From assembly GCF_964204645.1 (NCBI RefSeq), contig NC_134035.1, forward strand, positions 13,176,451 to 13,240,450: a DNA stretch of 64,000 nt. Reading direction: 5' to 3'. This document shows, piece after piece, positions 59,913-64,000 of the stretch. This DNA comes from Tubulanus polymorphus. Lineage: Eukaryota; Animalia; Nemertea. Each line of letters begins with the position of its first letter. Position 1 is the stretch's first letter. The position numbers were made by a program, and so were the translations under genes. The notes under the pieces are model-generated. The model searched no databases, was not told the DNA's origin, and was given only the letters and a program-made list of their open reading frames with translations.

Positions 59913-62900
59913 TCCAGCTTAGTAAATATTTAACATTTAGAACGAAAACAAAAGTCTCCGTTGAATTTCATCCCGATTACGATGGGAATTACTACGCGCT
60001 GATTGTTAGGTAAAAGAAACAGTCAATGATGTTCGAATTCCAACCCGACCGTAAACTATTAAAAACATCACGGCTTCACTTTTCTGAGAATCGTGTCGTT
60101 GAATTCCCCGTAGAATCTCTCGGTGTGTGTGTGTGTGTGTGTGTGTGTGAAGTTAGCGCGAAATTCAACGGCACGAAATTATTCAAATTAGGACTCGAAT
60201 CCGGCGATGATTACAAAACTACATCGAACTTAGTTCACAGGACCTCGCTTGCCTGTGTAAATCGGAGGACGGCGAAAAAATCAAAGCGCGAGTTATCATT
60301 TCATTTGTTTGAAGTTGAATTCAGTTTTCAATGTTTTTGTGATTAGCTATTTATAATAACATGTAAATTAGACTGATCTGGCAGTGTTGAAAATCGAATG
60401 AATGAATATCATCAATTTCTTCATCGACTTCTTCGTCTCAACTTGTGTTGAATCTCGAATGAATAAATATCGCGAATCTAATGACTTAAATCTCAGAGCG
60501 GTAGGAGAATACGAATAAATACATATTGAAAACCGACGAAGCGACAAGATGGATCATGGATGGTTTAATGATCTATCTAAAATCTAAAACAAAGTCTCCG
60601 GACGCCGGTTAGAAAATATAGCACAAACTTCAATGGCAAATGAGTTTAAAATGTTCTCAACATTCTTATGGTGTTTTAATTCCTTCTCTTCGAATATTTC
60701 ACTAATTCCAGATTCTATAAGACCGCGGCTTAAACTGTGTTCAACGCTCAAAAGCATATTCTGTTTTATATCTGAATAGAACTTAGCGCGTAATCTGTCC
60801 TCAAATCTCTGCAGGGCTTTAATCTCGACCTGCTACAGGCCAAATATCCACGTTTTCATTGTATCATTAAAAGCTTTTTAGCTTAAAGTTTTATCACATT
60901 CCAAATTTAAAGCGTCTTCCTTAACGACCGTATTGATTGGCCTTGTCATCACAACTCTATATGAATCTAGTCCGCAAAGCAAATAAATTATTCATACTTT
61001 AAAATGTCGGTTCTTTGTGTAGAATTTATGTAAAATGACATGTAATGTTTTTCTTAAAATGTCAGCATCTAATGCAGCTTCCACGCGGGGTGTTTATTTG
61101 GAAGGTGGGTTTTTTCAAAGGGTAACACTAGCCACAGGTATCGGAATAGTTTGTTGTAATCAACTCTATTATAAGTGAACAGAGTCCGTGACAATATGTC
61201 ACTTTGCTGAATAACGATATCGGTTTTAAAGTATTTAAATGTCAATATTCAGAGAGAATGTGATGACAGTGAGTTATTATTCATTACCCCTATCTCTAAC
61301 TGTTTATCAGTCATCTCCCGCTGGAGACACACCGAGCTACTTCTTTAGTGCTTAAAAGTCATCTACCAGGTCAGGAGGGGAATGAGAAAGATAAAACTAA
61401 CTTGAAAATGTGTTGACGCCTTTATAAATAGCACAGTCATTTATTGCTTGTCGACAAAGAACTAATATAATATGAATTATCTTTTATATTAACGACCAAA
61501 TAAAGTTATTTTGGATTTGAATATAACGATAATTGAATTGAATTGAATTGAGTGGCAACCAGTCAAGCTCCGATATATCGATGACGTAGTACACATCCTC
61601 TCAAAAGTGGTTATTGATATTTATCAAAAATTAAATAAGAGTTATGAAATATGTTGAATTACAAAATAAACGCTAATTTTTACGCATTTTGTTGAAACGC
61701 AATTTTTGATGACGTAGTGCACATCGACTCACACAGAACCCCGTATCAATGTATATACACATTATTGTAACGGTTTTTATGGAGTAAATGTGAAGATGTT
61801 AAAATTGAAAATAATCTTATGGATCATATCGGATAAGATATCATTTTTCTTTATGTCCAAAAACGAGCATTCGATCCTTTCAATTAGCGTTTGGAAAAAG
61901 ACCTGTTGTCGATAATGGACGGAAATGTGAGGAGATTCCTGATTTATTGGCAAGTAAACTTTCAACTTCCGGTAACGGGTTCATCAACTCAACACGCACA
62001 CACGCGGCGGCGGTGTGCGGCGGCGGCGGCGGTGTGCGCACGTGGCTGTGATATCAATGCGAATAAGGTATAAACAACGCCTGAGAAAGATGTTCAGATT
62101 GTTTACCAGGATAATGTTCTCGGGGACCATTAGCGAGCGCATCTAATGCGTGGTGTCGTGTCTACAGTGTAAAATACAGGTTGACAAATTAATACAGTCA
62201 ATATCGACTATACTACTAAACAGACCATTATCAGCAAAACGCATCATCACTAGAGTATTTACTACACGATTGGATCTCCGCGAAGAGCGTGACCTACTAA
62301 CACCCAACAGCACATTCTTGCTACCAAGTTCTGAATTTTGCAGGGGTCAGTCTTATTCAAGATTTGGTTCTAATCATGGATGTCATAAACTGTCATTAAA
62401 TGGTATATCTCATGGAAAAAAATCAACTTTGAGTAAAAGCTACCCACTGAGAGATATTATAAAGTATTTAGGCCTAAAAATGAACTTAACTTATCTTTTA
62501 AATGGCAATCTCATAAAGAATCAACTTTGAATATACCCCTGTAAAGTACTTAGGCCTAAAAAGGAACTTTATAACTCGGAGACTAATTAAAAGTCTATCC
62601 CATGAAGTGACCTTCACACACCTACGTACATACTCGGTAGTGAATCTTTCATATATCAACGAAAATGTTCGTCACATGAATATTTCAGTAATTATTCGTT
62701 TGATGACGGTTTTTGTGATGTGGACGAAATGGAATATTTGATGTTGATGCGAAGCACGTGTTGTAAAGAATTTAGAAAAATAAAAACAATAGCAATTCAG
62801 ATAATATTTCCGTAACTCCTTTTAATGTCGAATAAAGCAATCAAAACACATACTACCAGAGAACGAAAATTATGTCGGGAATATTTAGGATATTTCTGGT

Positions 62901-63172
62901 GTCGGCTTTCATTTTATTAGTTTTCCCGACAGGCTTCGGCTCTGCGCATGCGTATTTCGTATCTTGTATATTTTCACGTTTTCCGGTGTCAGCCATTAAA
63001 CAAGAGTCTGAGTCGACAGAAATTTAGTCGTTGTCGTTTTCGCTCTGTTCTGTTTTAATTGTTCGTGAGCGACAAGTTCTGAGCCGAGAGAGAGAGACGA
63101 TACCGATGAGTTAATGGATAGAACATGACAATGGAAACTCTACAAGCAAATAATGGCCATCAACGGTTACCG

Positions 63173-63453
63173 CTCGGAATAGTTTCCCATAGACGAGTGA
63201 CTGTCTATATTTGAAACCTCTCGGAATAGTTTCCCATAGACGAGTGACTGTCTATATTTGAAACCTCTCGGAATAGTTTCCCATAAACGAGTGACTGTCT
63301 ATATTTGAAACCTCTCGGAATAGTTTCCCATAGACGAGTGACTGTCTATATTTGAAACCTCTCGGAATAGTTTCCCATAGACGAGTGACTGTCTATATTT
63401 GAAACCTCTCGGAATAGTTTCCCATAGACGAGTGTGACTGTCTATATTTGAAA
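63173..63453. repeat. 47-bp minisatellite (6 copies) with internal dyad symmetry
   Basis: CTCGGAATAGTTTCCCATAGACGAGTGACTGTCTATATTTGAAACCT. Confidence 0.95.
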
Positions 63454-64000
63454 GCCGACAATATCTTCCGACGATTCGACGCAAGCGAAACGAGTTATTC
63501 TCAAAGCTGTCCTGAAAATGGCTCATAACGACAGAATTCAAAGAAAATCACCTCTCACGAGCAGCAGTCCTTCATTGTCTTATGTAATACATGCGCATTG
63601 TTATCGGGTATGCGGACCACGTGCTATAGACATTATGTCAACGCCGTACTGGCGGTCAAACAATGAGTGATTAGTATAATTATATATATACCCGTAAGAA
63701 TGGTTCACCGAACTAGGTGGGACCTCACTTTGTCACATATTATATTTCACCAGCTCGGCAGGGTGTCACAAAGATGACGTCACACACATGGTCGCAATTG
63801 CCTTAATATGTTTTTTTTTTCAACTGTCGGGCGAAAATAAACCTTTTAGCTATAAGTGTAGAATATCCGATCTTAGAAATGTGCGTCAACTTAATGGTCG
63901 GATTGTAGAAGGTATATACATCGATTGGATCGGTATTTAATAAAAGGACAGAAGATATTCTGTCAAAACACATTATACAGTCTTTCATAAATAAAAACAA

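Noticed and set aside
61960-62070. Possible plus-strand first exon (ETS motif, GCG repeats, AAG|GTATAA)
   Set aside because: No linked coding exon within the window; too weak to call

Overview
Intron-rich, AT-rich animal (invertebrate-like) genomic DNA. No long ORF is a gene on its own; four spliced genes can be reconstructed by hand with consistent GT-AG phases. (1) 3' part of an F5/8-type-C (discoidin) + F-type-lectin-like protein (+, 285-2926). (2) A CD225/dispanin (IFITM-like) membrane protein (+, 4892-6608). (3) A 94-aa galanin-like neuropeptide precursor, absent from the ORF track, with a 22-nt microexon and a GMAP-like C-terminus (-, 14944-10142). (4) A second neuropeptide precursor (-, from 38228) whose shared exon can splice to either of two paralogous terminal exons, giving two different 43/47-aa amidated peptides. 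The rest is repeats: Harbinger-like MITEs and satellites derived from them, micro/minisatellites, and Penelope-type minimal hammerhead ribozymes, including a tandem array of 17 x 69-bp hammerhead units (18289-19500). Family assignments of the peptides come from remembered sequences and have not been confirmed by a search.
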